Source of the DNA: Deltaproteobacteria bacterium
GTDB lineage: Bacteria > Desulfobacterota > GWC2-55-46
Assembly (NCBI GenBank): GCA_016212705.1
Contig: JACREU010000070.1
Span: 72,390-136,389, forward strand
DNA: 64,000 nucleotides
Direction of reading: 5' to 3'
Part shown: positions 29,341 through 39,056 of the stretch, in pieces
How the letters are laid out: each line of letters begins with the position of its first letter
Position numbering within the stretch: the stretch's first letter is position 1
Program-made: the position numbers and the translations under genes
The notes under the pieces: generated by a model
Seen by the model: the letters and a program-made list of their open reading frames with translations, nothing else
The model's database searches: none
Told to the model about the DNA's origin: nothing

Positions 29341-30414
29341 ATGCTCTCTAACCACATCACGGCCGTAAAGGGCCGCGTCGATTCCCGCAAGGACGTCACC
29401 GTCGAAGAGAGGAACTCTCTCGTCGCGCTTGCCGAGGCGAGGCTCTCCGAAGGCTTCGAGACCTACCACTGGAACGCCAACATCCACGGCATTGTCATCC
29501 GCTTATACACGAATTCCGCCCACCTCTACGACTTCTGGGTGGAGAACTGGTTCCCCGGCCCGAGGACCCAGAATGTGCTCCCGCACGGGGTCATATACGC
29601 GGTAACGGGCATTGAAGGCAGGGACCCGCACGCCTATTACAACCACGAGACGAGGACCGCCGTATTCGTAAACACCGAATACTACGGCCAGTGCAAGTCG
29701 TGGGCCCTCGGCATGGCCGCCGACATACTCGAGACACAGCACAACATCCACTCCATACACGGCTCGTGCGCGGTTTTGCACGGCAAGGGGGTCGTCATAA
29801 TAGCGCCGACCGGCACCGGGAAATCCACGCACACGTGGGGGCTCATGCAACTGCCGGACGGGAAGATACACTCCGACGACTGGGTCTTCCTCCAGTACAA
29901 GAAGGGGCTCGCAATGGCGGATATCTCTGAGAGGAAGTTCTACCTCCGCACGGACATGGTAAGGAGCTTCCCCAACCTCCGGCGCCTCCTTGACCGCTGC
30001 AAGTGCGAGAACGTCCCGGACGACGACTTCGTCGCGTTCGCTAACTCGAGGGCGATACTCGACCCGGAGTGGATATGCGGGGCCGACAAGTTCGTCGAGA
30101 GGGCGGTCGTAAAGTCTGTTATACTTCTGCGTAGGGACGCCGACTCGCCTGCTGAGGCGAGGCTTAATGCGGCCGAGGCGATAGCCATACTCGAAGAGGG
30201 GAAGATACAGGTGCTCGCGGGGGCGGGCGCGGACGTCGGGTCCTTTAAATACGAGCCGTTCTACAACCCGTATCTTCTGGTCAGGAGGAACGAGGCCCAG
30301 AGGGCTTTCTTCTCCTCCCTTTTCGAGTCGGCTACGTGCCACGTATTGAATACCGGAGTGGAAACGGTCGAAGAGACGCAGGCGAGGATAAGGCGGATAA
30401 TAAAGGAGGCTTGA
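29341..30414 (+). CDS. P-loop protein of the PEP carboxykinase/HprK fold
   Basis: NTEYYGQCK, IHGSC, APTGTGKST (Walker A), IHSDD. Confidence 0.7.
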   Translation: MLSNHITAVKGRVDSRKDVTVEERNSLVALAEARLSEGFETYHWNANIHGIVIRLYTNSAHLYDFWVENWFPGPRTQNVLPHGVIYAVTGIEGRDPHAYYNHETRTAVFVNTEYYGQCKSWALGMAADILETQHNIHSIHGSCAVLHGKGVVIIAPTGTGKSTHTWGLMQLPDGKIHSDDWVFLQYKKGLAMADISERKFYLRTDMVRSFPNLRRLLDRCKCENVPDDDFVAFANSRAILDPEWICGADKFVERAVVKSVILLRRDADSPAEARLNAAEAIAILEEGKIQVLAGAGADVGSFKYEPFYNPYLLVRRNEAQRAFFSSLFESATCHVLNTGVETVEETQARIRRIIKEA

Positions 30415-30420
30415 AGCGCC

Positions 30421-31377
30421 ATGAAGACTGCCTTGGGACTGTTTCTTTGCCTGTCGATATTCCTAAGCGGGTGCGTAGTCATTACGCTGCCCACGGCCGA
30501 GCCTCTCGTTGAAAAGGTCATAGGGGGCGAGGGCGACTCCAAGGTCCTATTGATCGACATATCCGGCATCATAACCGACAGCGACAGGAAAGACGCCGTC
30601 TTCTCGACGAAGCAGAACATGACCGCCCGGATAAGGGAGGAGCTTGACAAGGCCACTGAAGACGAGGACGTAAAGGCCGTGGTGCTCCGCATAGACTCTC
30701 CGGGCGGGGCTGTCACGACATCCGACATCATCGCCCATGAGATAAAGAAGTTCAAGGATAAGAAGAAGGTCCCCGTAATAGCCGAGCTCATGGATGTAGC
30801 CGCCTCAGGCGGCTACTATATCGCGGCGGCCTCCGACAGGATAATAGCCCACCCGACAACGGTCACCGGCTCCATAGGGGTCGTCGCCTTCAGCGTAAAC
30901 GCTTCAGGGCTCCTTGAGAAGGTAGGTATCGCCAACCAGACGATAAAGTCCGGGGATAAAAAAGACATAGGCTCGATACTCCGTCCCATGACGGGTGACG
31001 AAAGAATCATACTCCAGTCGATCATAGACGACCTCTACGAGAGGTTCCTCGACGTCGTAATGGACGGGAGAAAGGGCTCTTTTACGCGCGAAGAGCTTAA
31101 GAAAATCGCCGACGGCAGGGTATATACCGCCCGGCAGGCGCTTGACTTGAAGCTCATCGACGAGATAGGCTACCTCGACGACGCGGTTGAAGCCGCCAAA
31201 TCAAAGGCCGGTATAAAAGAGGCGCGCCTCGTCGCCTACGCCCTTCCGCGCTCGTACAGGAACAACATCTATTCAAGCCTTGCAGACCTGCCGGTCTCCA
31301 TCAACCTCGTCAATATCGACGCGGGCTCGTTCACAGGGAGGCCAGGCATGAGCTTCATGTACCTCTGGATGCAGTAA
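30421..31377 (+). CDS. sppA: Signal peptide peptidase (36K type), lipoprotein
   Basis: FLSGC lipobox, RIDSPGG, AASGGYY, GSIGV, DGRVYT. Confidence 0.9.
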   Translation: MKTALGLFLCLSIFLSGCVVITLPTAEPLVEKVIGGEGDSKVLLIDISGIITDSDRKDAVFSTKQNMTARIREELDKATEDEDVKAVVLRIDSPGGAVTTSDIIAHEIKKFKDKKKVPVIAELMDVAASGGYYIAAASDRIIAHPTTVTGSIGVVAFSVNASGLLEKVGIANQTIKSGDKKDIGSILRPMTGDERIILQSIIDDLYERFLDVVMDGRKGSFTREELKKIADGRVYTARQALDLKLIDEIGYLDDAVEAAKSKAGIKEARLVAYALPRSYRNNIYSSLADLPVSINLVNIDAGSFTGRPGMSFMYLWMQ

Positions 31378-31385
31378 GGAGCCGG

Positions 31386-33137
31386 TTGAAGTTCTGCCTT
31401 GAAGACATATGCAGGCTCGGGTTTGCGCTCGGCCTCTCAAGCCTCATCGTATTCGCATTAGGGCACGCCGGCCTCATTACGCCGCCTTTTCTCCTCCTCC
31501 CCATATTCATTCCTGCGGCTTTTCTCTTGTTCTTTGCATGGCGCTGGAAAAGGACGCGCCTCCCTCAGGAATGGACGCTCTACGAGAAGTTTCTTGCCGC
31601 GGCAGTCGTCTTTTCTATAATCATAGCCGTGCCGCTCGCCCTCATCCCCCCGGTCGTCCGCGACGAGCTCATCTCCCACCTCGCGATCCCGAAGCTCTAC
31701 CTCCAAAAGGGCGCGATACACGAGATACCCTTCATGAACTATTCGTACCTGCCGCAGAACATCGACCTCTTATACATGGTCTCGCTCGGGCTCGGTAGCG
31801 ACGTCGTCCCCAAGCTCATCCATCTCGGGTTCGCCGTCGCGACCGGGCTCGTCATATACTTCTATCTCTCGCGCGCCTCAGGCAGGGCGACGGGCCTTGT
31901 CGGGATGCTCCTTTACCTTGCAACGCCGCTTGTAGCCAACCTTTCGAGGACCGCGTACATCGACCACGGAGCGGCGTTCTACTCGACGCTCGCGGTTGTC
32001 GCGGCCCTCCGGTGGAGGGAGGATGACGGGTTCAGATGGCTCGCCGTCTCAGCCATATCCACGGGACTTGCGCTCTCGGCGAAGTACAATACGATACTTA
32101 CATTCGCCCTTATAACGGGTTTTGTTTTCATGGTCCGCGTAAATAAAAAGCAATATGCGCGCTCTCTCGCCGATACCGCCGTCTTTATCGCGGTCGCCGT
32201 CTTTGTGCTCTCCCCGTGGCTGGCGCGGAATTATCTCTGGACAGGGTCTCCGCTTTATCCCATTTACGAGAGCGCGGCCTCGTCAGTTGGAAAGGGCGAG
32301 GGGGTGCATGTGACGACGGAGCTCGCGCCGATCGCCAAGAGGATCGTCCTCTACGACGAAGGCGCGCTCGATATCGTCCTCATACCAATAAGGATATTCA
32401 TCGGGGGAGAGGATAACTCGATCCAGAAGTTCGACGGCGTGCTTAATCCTCTATTCCTCGTCCTCATGCCGCTCGCGTTTATAAAGAGGCGGGGAGGGGA
32501 CATAAAGTACCTCGCGCTCTTCGCCGGGCTCTTTATAACGATGGCGATACTCTCAGTTGACCTCGTGACCAGATACCTTTTACCTGTAATCCCTCTTTTT
32601 GCGATATTCGCCGCGCTCGGCCTCAGGAACCTCTATGATACAAGGCTTAAGTGGCTCGCTATCGCGCTCGCGGTCGCTACGGTCGGCTTTTGCCTCGCCT
32701 ACGAAAAGGGGCTTTATGATAAATACAGGCCGCTCTCGTATCTCTTCGGGAATGACACCAGAGAGGCGTACCTTGAAAGGATGCTCCCTGATTACAAGGC
32801 CGTCTCATACGCCAACAGCCGCATCCCCGAAGGCTCCAGGGTCTTCCTCCTCTTTTCAGGCGACAGGGGATATTACTGGGAGAGGGACTACTTTTACGGC
32901 GACAGGATGGGTAAGCTCCTGAAAGTCATGGTGCTCTCATCTAAAAACGCGGAGGAATTCAAGGCAAGGCTCCGCGCCATTGGGATAACCCACTTGTTCT
33001 TTAACGACGAGATATTTGAGAGGTTCTTGAACGACAACTTCGATGGAGACGGCCTCAAGCGCGTCGCTGAGTTTTTCAACGTTCACGCGAAGAGGCTCTT
33101 TGACGCGAACGGTTATTCTATATACGAGATAAAATAA
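31386..33137 (+). CDS. Polytopic membrane GT-C glycosyltransferase (ArnT/PMT-like)
   Basis: Many transmembrane segments, DELISHL, YIDH, SAKYN, RNY..TGSP.YP, RYLLP; TTG start. Confidence 0.7.
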   Translation: MKFCLEDICRLGFALGLSSLIVFALGHAGLITPPFLLLPIFIPAAFLLFFAWRWKRTRLPQEWTLYEKFLAAAVVFSIIIAVPLALIPPVVRDELISHLAIPKLYLQKGAIHEIPFMNYSYLPQNIDLLYMVSLGLGSDVVPKLIHLGFAVATGLVIYFYLSRASGRATGLVGMLLYLATPLVANLSRTAYIDHGAAFYSTLAVVAALRWREDDGFRWLAVSAISTGLALSAKYNTILTFALITGFVFMVRVNKKQYARSLADTAVFIAVAVFVLSPWLARNYLWTGSPLYPIYESAASSVGKGEGVHVTTELAPIAKRIVLYDEGALDIVLIPIRIFIGGEDNSIQKFDGVLNPLFLVLMPLAFIKRRGGDIKYLALFAGLFITMAILSVDLVTRYLLPVIPLFAIFAALGLRNLYDTRLKWLAIALAVATVGFCLAYEKGLYDKYRPLSYLFGNDTREAYLERMLPDYKAVSYANSRIPEGSRVFLLFSGDRGYYWERDYFYGDRMGKLLKVMVLSSKNAEEFKARLRAIGITHLFFNDEIFERFLNDNFDGDGLKRVAEFFNVHAKRLFDANGYSIYEIK

Positions 33138-33164
33138 GGGGCAAGAGTAGATGCGGAACTTCAT

Positions 33165-33201
33165 GCGCAGGCGGCCCTTTCGGGCCGCCTGCGCCTTTTT
33201 T
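33165..33201 (+). terminator. Rho-independent terminator
   Basis: 13-bp stem GCGCAGGCGGCCC/GGGCCGCCTGCGC followed by a T-run. Confidence 0.8.
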
Positions 33202-35863
33202 ACGGCTTAGGCTCCGGTTCAGCCTTGTTGCCGTTCGGCCCTACAATCGAGACTACGTAAGAGTCGAGCGTTATGTACTTCCTCGCTATCCTCAGGACGT
33301 CATCAACGGTAACTGCCTCGATCTTGCCCAGATACTCCCTGCTGAACCCGTAGCCCAGACCGTAGAGCTCGTTATTCGCCATGTCGGAGGCCTGGCTCGA
33401 TACCTCCTGGAGACCTATCTCGTAGGAGCCTATGAGCGACATCCTGGCGCGGTTCAGCTCGTCGCTTGCCACAGGGTTCGTCCTTATCTCTTCGAGCTCC
33501 TTTAGGAGCGCCGCAATGGCCTGGTCTTTCTTCTCCGGCGCCGAGGCTATGTAGACGCCGAATATGCCGGGGTCCGCGCCTTCGCGCTCAACGGCGCTTA
33601 CGCTGTATGCGAGAGAGAGCCTGTCCCTAAGGTTTATGAATAACCTGCCGCCCTGGCCGGAGAGTATCTCGCTTAAGACCCTTAACGGATAACTGTCCTC
33701 GTTGCCTATGGTGGTGCCGGGGAAGGCTATCGCCATGTGGGTCTGCTCCTTATCCTTCATCTCTCCGGTCTTTACTATGCCGGACGGCGGAGGGTCGAGC
33801 AGAGGGCGCGCAAGCGCCTTCCCGGTATTCTTGAAGTCCGTGAAGGCCGCCTTTACCTTCTCTATCGCGTAATCGGTCTTCACGTCTCCGACTATCGTCA
33901 GTATCATCCGGTCAGGCACGAAGAACGCCTCGTGGTGGGCGACCATGTCGTCGCGCCTGAAATCCGCGACAGTCTCCCTGGTGCCTATGGCGGGCATACC
34001 GTATGGATGGACCTTGAAGAGCTCTTTATACAAGAGCTTGAAGGTATAGCCCGGCAGGTTGTCCTCCTGCCTGTTTATCCCCGCGAGGGTGTCCTTCCGG
34101 AGCTTCTCAATCTCGGCTTCAGGGAAGACAGGGTTTAAAAGGACGTCGGCGAATATCCCGAGCCCCTTGTCGAAGAAGGATGATAAGAACTTGCCGGACG
34201 CCCCCGTGGAGTTCCAGCCGGAAAAGCCCGATACTCCGCCGGCCATCTCCTCGACCTCGCGGGAGAGTTCCTCCCGCGTCCTCTTTGCAGTGCCCCTTGT
34301 GAGCATCGCTCCGGTGAAGTTCCCTACGCCGTTTTTGTCCGGCTTTTCAAACCTGAGGCCGCCGGGGAACGCCCCGTAAAACGCGACCGTCGGGTTTGAG
34401 TGGACCTCTTTTACGATGAGCGTGATGCCGTTTTCAAGCCTCACCTTTGTTGTTTTTGTATCCGCCTCGGCATTTGCCGGCTTCGAAGATGCCGTTTTTA
34501 AGGATGCGGCTATTGTTCCGGCTATCGCGTCCCTTGAAATGGGAGGGGCGTCCTTCGGGAGGAGCGTGGAGACGGTCATCGCCTCGGGGTTGATGTACTT
34601 CGCGAGCACGCGTCTTATGTCGTCCGAACCCACCTTCCTTATCCCCTCGATGTATTTTCTTTCGTAGTTGACGTCCCCGAGGTTCGTCTCGAAGTACCCG
34701 AGCTTTCCGGCTATCCCGTCCGTCGTCTCCCGCGAGTAGACGAAGTCGCTCTCGATGTTGAACTTCGCCCTCTCTATCTCCTCGTGGTCTGGCCCCTCGT
34801 GTTTGAGCCTCTCAAGCTCTGAGATGGTCCCTGAAATCGCGTCCTCGATGTTCCCGGGCTCAAGGACAGCGGTTATGAAGAAGAGACCGGGGTCCTTAAG
34901 AGACATGCCGTATGAGGATATCCCGTGGACGAGGGATTTTTCCAGCTTGAGTTTTTTGTAGAGCCTCGATGTCTCCCCGCCTCCGAGTATCACTTCCGCG
35001 ACGTCGAGCGCGTATATGTCCGGGTCCTTAAGAGAAGGGATGTGGAAGGCGAGCCCGAGGTGTCCGTCCTTTATGGGTCTTGTGAGTATCTCGGTCTTAA
35101 GTACCTTCTGCGCGGGCTCGACGGGCCTCTTTTTATGGGGGTCCTCGGCCTTCTTAAAGCCCCTGAAGGCTTTTTTGACCTCTGAGAGCGCGGCAGAGCC
35201 GTCGACGTCGCCGGAGATGACAAGCGTCATGTTGTTGGGGACGTACCAGCGCCTGAAGAAGCCCAGTATCTGGGGCCTCGTGAATGAGCTTACCGTCTCC
35301 TGATAGCCGATGACCGGCCTCCTGTACGGATGCGTCGTGTAAGCGTTCCGGAGGATCGACTTGTACATCGTCCTCCCGGGGCTGTCCTCGTTCATCCGTA
35401 TCTCCTCAATGACGACCTCGAGCTCTTTTTTGAGCTCTTCGGGGTCGAAGGCGGAGTTCTGTATGGCGTCCGCTATGACGTCGAGGCCGGTTGAGAAGTG
35501 CCTGCTCGGCACGGTCAGGTGGTAGACGGTATTGTCAAAGGAGGTGTACGCGTTTATGTCGCCGCCGACGGACTCAATCATCGAGGCGAGCTCTCCGACC
35601 GTCCTCTTGCCAGTCCCCTTGAACAACATGTGCTCGAATACATGGGAGATGCCGGCCTCTTTGTCGGTCTCGTCCGCGCTCCCGACCCTTACCCACATCT
35701 GGACCGAGACGACAGGGGCCGAACGGGCCTCCTCTATGATTACCGTAAGGCCGTTCGAAAGCCTGTGCCTCTGGACCCCGTCGGTCGCCTGAGAGTCTGC
35801 CGCGAATAGCGCGAGTACGACCGTGAAAAGGGCGGCGTATAAGACCATCCTTGCTCTTAACAT
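33200..35863 (-). CDS. M16 family zinc peptidase, exported
   Basis: Signal peptide, HVFEH (HxxEH), NAYTS; duplicated second half lacks the motif. Confidence 0.9.
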   Translation of the reverse strand: MLRARMVLYAALFTVVLALFAADSQATDGVQRHRLSNGLTVIIEEARSAPVVSVQMWVRVGSADETDKEAGISHVFEHMLFKGTGKRTVGELASMIESVGGDINAYTSFDNTVYHLTVPSRHFSTGLDVIADAIQNSAFDPEELKKELEVVIEEIRMNEDSPGRTMYKSILRNAYTTHPYRRPVIGYQETVSSFTRPQILGFFRRWYVPNNMTLVISGDVDGSAALSEVKKAFRGFKKAEDPHKKRPVEPAQKVLKTEILTRPIKDGHLGLAFHIPSLKDPDIYALDVAEVILGGGETSRLYKKLKLEKSLVHGISSYGMSLKDPGLFFITAVLEPGNIEDAISGTISELERLKHEGPDHEEIERAKFNIESDFVYSRETTDGIAGKLGYFETNLGDVNYERKYIEGIRKVGSDDIRRVLAKYINPEAMTVSTLLPKDAPPISRDAIAGTIAASLKTASSKPANAEADTKTTKVRLENGITLIVKEVHSNPTVAFYGAFPGGLRFEKPDKNGVGNFTGAMLTRGTAKRTREELSREVEEMAGGVSGFSGWNSTGASGKFLSSFFDKGLGIFADVLLNPVFPEAEIEKLRKDTLAGINRQEDNLPGYTFKLLYKELFKVHPYGMPAIGTRETVADFRRDDMVAHHEAFFVPDRMILTIVGDVKTDYAIEKVKAAFTDFKNTGKALARPLLDPPPSGIVKTGEMKDKEQTHMAIAFPGTTIGNEDSYPLRVLSEILSGQGGRLFINLRDRLSLAYSVSAVEREGADPGIFGVYIASAPEKKDQAIAALLKELEEIRTNPVASDELNRARMSLIGSYEIGLQEVSSQASDMANNELYGLGYGFSREYLGKIEAVTVDDVLRIARKYITLDSYVVSIVGPNGNKAEPEPKP

Positions 35864-36033
35864 CGTATAAAACCTCCGTTTTCAATTCCGAATAAATAAG
35901 GATAAACCAAAACCCGCCCATTTTCAACCCCTCTGCCTTGACACAAAAGAAAAACCCGCTATTATTTTGCTGACGGGCCGGTTATCGGCTTGGAGTTTAG
36001 TATAACGGAGGGGCCGATGTTGGGAGCGGGGAG

Positions 36034-36624
36034 ATGAGGAACAGGAGCGCCCTCGTCATAGTCGACCTCCAGAACGACTTCTGCCCCAAAGGGGCGCTAC
36101 CGGTACCGGGTGGCGACGGGATAGTCCCGGTTGTAAACAGGTATCTGGACCTTTTTATGGCCGCCGGGGTGCAGGTCTTCTTCACAAGAGACTGGCACCC
36201 GGCAAGGACTGTCCACTTTAAGGAATTCGGCGGCTCGTGGCCGCCGCACTGCGTACAGGGGACAGAGGGCGCGCGATTCCATCCGGGGGTTAAGATGCCC
36301 GCTGACGCGGTAATAATCACAAAGGGCGAATCTCCGGAAGGCGACAGCTACTCCGGTTTTGACGGCTTTGACCCTGTTGGCCTGGACTTCGAGGCCTCCA
36401 TCAAGGGGAGGGGTATAACGCACATCTACCTTGGAGGGCTCGCGGGAGACTACTGCGTAAAGGCGACCGCGCTGGACGGACTTGGCAGAGGCTTCAAGGT
36501 GACGGTCCTCCTCGACGCCATAAAGGGCGTTGACGCCAGGCCCGGCGATTCGGAGAGGGCACTCGAAGAGATGCTGGCAAAAGGCGCCGAAACGTCTACG
36601 ATAGACGAGATAGACTTCACATAA
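36034..36624 (+). CDS. pncA: Nicotinamidase/pyrazinamidase
   Basis: VDLQNDF, TRDWHP, WPPHCV, KG, GLAGDYCV. Confidence 0.92.
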   Translation: MRNRSALVIVDLQNDFCPKGALPVPGGDGIVPVVNRYLDLFMAAGVQVFFTRDWHPARTVHFKEFGGSWPPHCVQGTEGARFHPGVKMPADAVIITKGESPEGDSYSGFDGFDPVGLDFEASIKGRGITHIYLGGLAGDYCVKATALDGLGRGFKVTVLLDAIKGVDARPGDSERALEEMLAKGAETSTIDEIDFT

Positions 36625-36637
36625 TAAAGGACGGATT

Positions 36638-36970
36638 ATGGACGCGCCAAGGATAACAAGGGAAGAGCTCAAGAGGAAGATAGAGGCCGGGGAGCCGCTT
36701 ACGATACTCGACGTCCGTAACACGACCGATTACGCGGCCTCCTCAAAGAGGTTGCCAAAGGCGATACGGATACCTTTAAAAGAGCTCGAGTTAAGGTTAG
36801 GCGAACTCGATAAGGCGAAAGAGGCGGTAGCCTACTGCACCTGAACAGACGAGCACTCGAGCGCCGGTGCGGCGCTCATCCTCCTGGACAATGGGTTTAA
36901 AAAGGCGAGCGCGCTCATAGGCGGCTTCAGCGCGTGGCAGGCGTCTGGACTGCCGCTTGACGATAAGTAG
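36638..36970 (+). CDS. Rhodanese-like domain protein with in-frame UGA (probable selenocysteine, CxU), 110 aa
   Basis: ILDVR...AIRIP...AVAYCT-TGA(36842-36844)-TDEHSSAGAALILLDNGFKKASALIGGFSAWQASGLPLDDK-TAG; the read-through part completes the rhodanese fold. Confidence 0.85.
36859..36877 (+). promoter_or_regulatory. Putative bacterial SECIS element
   Basis: GAGCGCC-GGTGC-GGCGCTC hairpin starting 14 nt after the UGA, with a G-containing apical loop. Confidence 0.7.
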
Positions 36971-36992
36971 CTGAATACGCGCTCAACCCCAG

Positions 36993-37016
36993 CCAAAGGC
37001 TTCATCAAGCCTTTGG
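36993..37016. terminator. Hairpin between convergent genes
   Basis: CCAAAGGCTT-catc-AAGCCTTTGG; no canonical U-tract. Confidence 0.4.
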
Positions 37017-37042
37017 AAAAAAATATCAGGTATACCTGTCCA

Positions 37043-38458
37043 TTATCCCTTACGGGACCTCTTTAAGTCCGTTGGGCTTGTTATGAGCGTCGGGTCCATG
37101 AGACGGTCCCATTCCTTTCCCGTCATTATGCCTTTCCCGATAACAATGTCCTTTATCGTCTCTCCGGTACGAAGGGCCTCCTTTGCGACAGAGGCCGCCT
37201 CGTCGTAACCGATGAAGGTGTTGAGGAGCGTCGCAAGCCCGGCAGAGCGCTCGAAAAGCCCCGCGCACCTCTTCGCGTCCGCCTTTATGCCTGCCACGCA
37301 TTTATCCGTAAACGCGGCAATTGCGGAGCCGAGTATCTCTATCGATTGGAGGATATTATAGTTTATGACCGGGCCCATGACGTTCAATTCCAGCTGTCCG
37401 GCCTGGACGGCCAGGGCTACGGCCGCGTCATTGCCGATGACCTGAAAGCAGACCATAGTGAGCATCTCGGCCATCACCGGGTTGACCTTACCCGGCATAA
37501 TGGAAGAGCCGGGCTGGAGAGCCGGGAGCCTTATTTCGGAGAGCCCGGTATTCGGGCCTGAGCTCAAAAGCCGGAGGTCGTTCGAGACCCGTATGAGCTC
37601 AAGGCTTAAGTTCCGGAGCTCGCCTGAGAAAGAGGCAAAGTCCGCCATGCTGTTCAAGGCCTCGAATGGGTCCTTTGCCTTGACAAAGCGAACCCCTGAG
37701 ACTTTAGAGAGCTCTCTTGTGACCGTTTCCCTGTACTTTGGGTGCGTGTTAATGCCCGTGCCGACGGCCGTCCCGCCGAGGCCTGTCGTTCTCATGCGGC
37801 CGAGCGCTGTCTTAAGGCGAAGACTGGAGTTTTTAACGGCTGAGGCGTATGAGCCGAACTCCTCTCCGAGCGTCACCGGGACGGCGTCCTGGAGGTGGGT
37901 CCTCCCGGACTTGATGATTGAGGAGAACTCCCTCGATTTTTTCCTGAGCGCGGTCTCAAAAGAGGCGAGGGGGGCCAGGATGGTCTCTGAGGAAAGGAGG
38001 ATAGCGAGGCGCAGGGCCGTCGGCATCGTGTCGTTCGTCGACTGGCTCCTGTTGACGTGGTCGTTCGGGTGTACGAGCGAGTAGTCGCCTTTTTTTCCGC
38101 CGAGGAGCTCTATCGCCCTGTTGGCGATGACCTCGTTCGCGTTCATGTTGTGCGACGTGCCGGCCCCTGCCTGGTATGCGTCCACTATGAACTCTCCGTC
38201 GAATAGGCCTTCGGCGGCCTCAATGGAGGCCCTCATTATGGCGGAGGCCGTCTTTTTGTCGAGGAGGCCGAGCAACATGTTCGCGGAAGCAGAGGCGTGC
38301 TTCACAAGTGCGGTAGCCCTTATGAACGTCCGTTTTGGCCGGATGCCGCTTACTTGAAAGTTCTCGCGCGCGCGGAGCGTCTGTATCCCGTAATAGGCGT
38401 CTTTAGGGACCATCCGCTCGCCGAGCGAGTCTCTTTCTCGTCTGAACTTAACAGGCAT
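37043..38458 (-). CDS. aspA: Aspartate ammonia-lyase / class II fumarase family
   Basis: YGIQTLRA, GAGTSHNMN, SQSTND, GRTHLQDA, GSSIMPGKVNP. Confidence 0.85.
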   Translation of the reverse strand: MPVKFRRERDSLGERMVPKDAYYGIQTLRARENFQVSGIRPKRTFIRATALVKHASASANMLLGLLDKKTASAIMRASIEAAEGLFDGEFIVDAYQAGAGTSHNMNANEVIANRAIELLGGKKGDYSLVHPNDHVNRSQSTNDTMPTALRLAILLSSETILAPLASFETALRKKSREFSSIIKSGRTHLQDAVPVTLGEEFGSYASAVKNSSLRLKTALGRMRTTGLGGTAVGTGINTHPKYRETVTRELSKVSGVRFVKAKDPFEALNSMADFASFSGELRNLSLELIRVSNDLRLLSSGPNTGLSEIRLPALQPGSSIMPGKVNPVMAEMLTMVCFQVIGNDAAVALAVQAGQLELNVMGPVINYNILQSIEILGSAIAAFTDKCVAGIKADAKRCAGLFERSAGLATLLNTFIGYDEAASVAKEALRTGETIKDIVIGKGIMTGKEWDRLMDPTLITSPTDLKRSRKG

Positions 38459-38472
38459 GTTTTTTGAAGTGT

Positions 38473-39048
38473 TTATTCCCTGATAATCTTTCTGTCCGGT
38501 TTGAGCGGCTGGCTTATATCTATATGCCCCTTTAGTGTCTCCGCCTTCTTTCCCTCTATGAGTATCTGGACCTCTTCGATCTCAGGGAAGTTGAGGGCCA
38601 CGGTGTTTACAATTGAGTATACCGTTAAAATCTCGCCTGTGGAGCCGCCGGGGTGGTCCTCTGAGACCTCCTTGCTGAGATCGACTGAGGCGGAGCGTTG
38701 TTTTATGTTGACCCGGAGCACCCTTGTGGACTCCGGGATGGTGCCTTCGCCGTCCCTGATCGCCGTCCTTAGGGCTTCGCGCACCTCGCTCTCCACGGAC
38801 CCGTCAGGTATCAGCGTTTTTTTTGGCGCGAGGCGCTCTCCTTCATCGTCGGCGATATATACGAGGATCTCTTTCGTTGGCCTCTCCCAGGGGGCTCTCC
38901 CGCTGTATACGGATATGAGTACGAGCCCGGCCACTATGGTAATGACCGCCGCGATGGCTACCGTAAGCGCGCCAGAGCCTTTGCCGGTCCGTTTCTTCTT
39001 CGGCTTCGGCCTGTCTTTTCCCTTTTCAGGTCTCTTTTTTTTAGCCAT
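38473..39048 (-). CDS. GerMN domain membrane-anchored protein
   Basis: Single TM, IPESTRV, GGST.E...YSIVNT, VQILIEG. Confidence 0.8.
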   Translation of the reverse strand: MAKKKRPEKGKDRPKPKKKRTGKGSGALTVAIAAVITIVAGLVLISVYSGRAPWERPTKEILVYIADDEGERLAPKKTLIPDGSVESEVREALRTAIRDGEGTIPESTRVLRVNIKQRSASVDLSKEVSEDHPGGSTGEILTVYSIVNTVALNFPEIEEVQILIEGKKAETLKGHIDISQPLKPDRKIIRE

Positions 39049-39056
39049 GTCAGGTT

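Noticed and set aside
36638..36844. 68 aa ORF as given by the track
   Set aside because: It ends in the middle of the rhodanese domain at a UGA; read-through to 36970 explains the sequence better.
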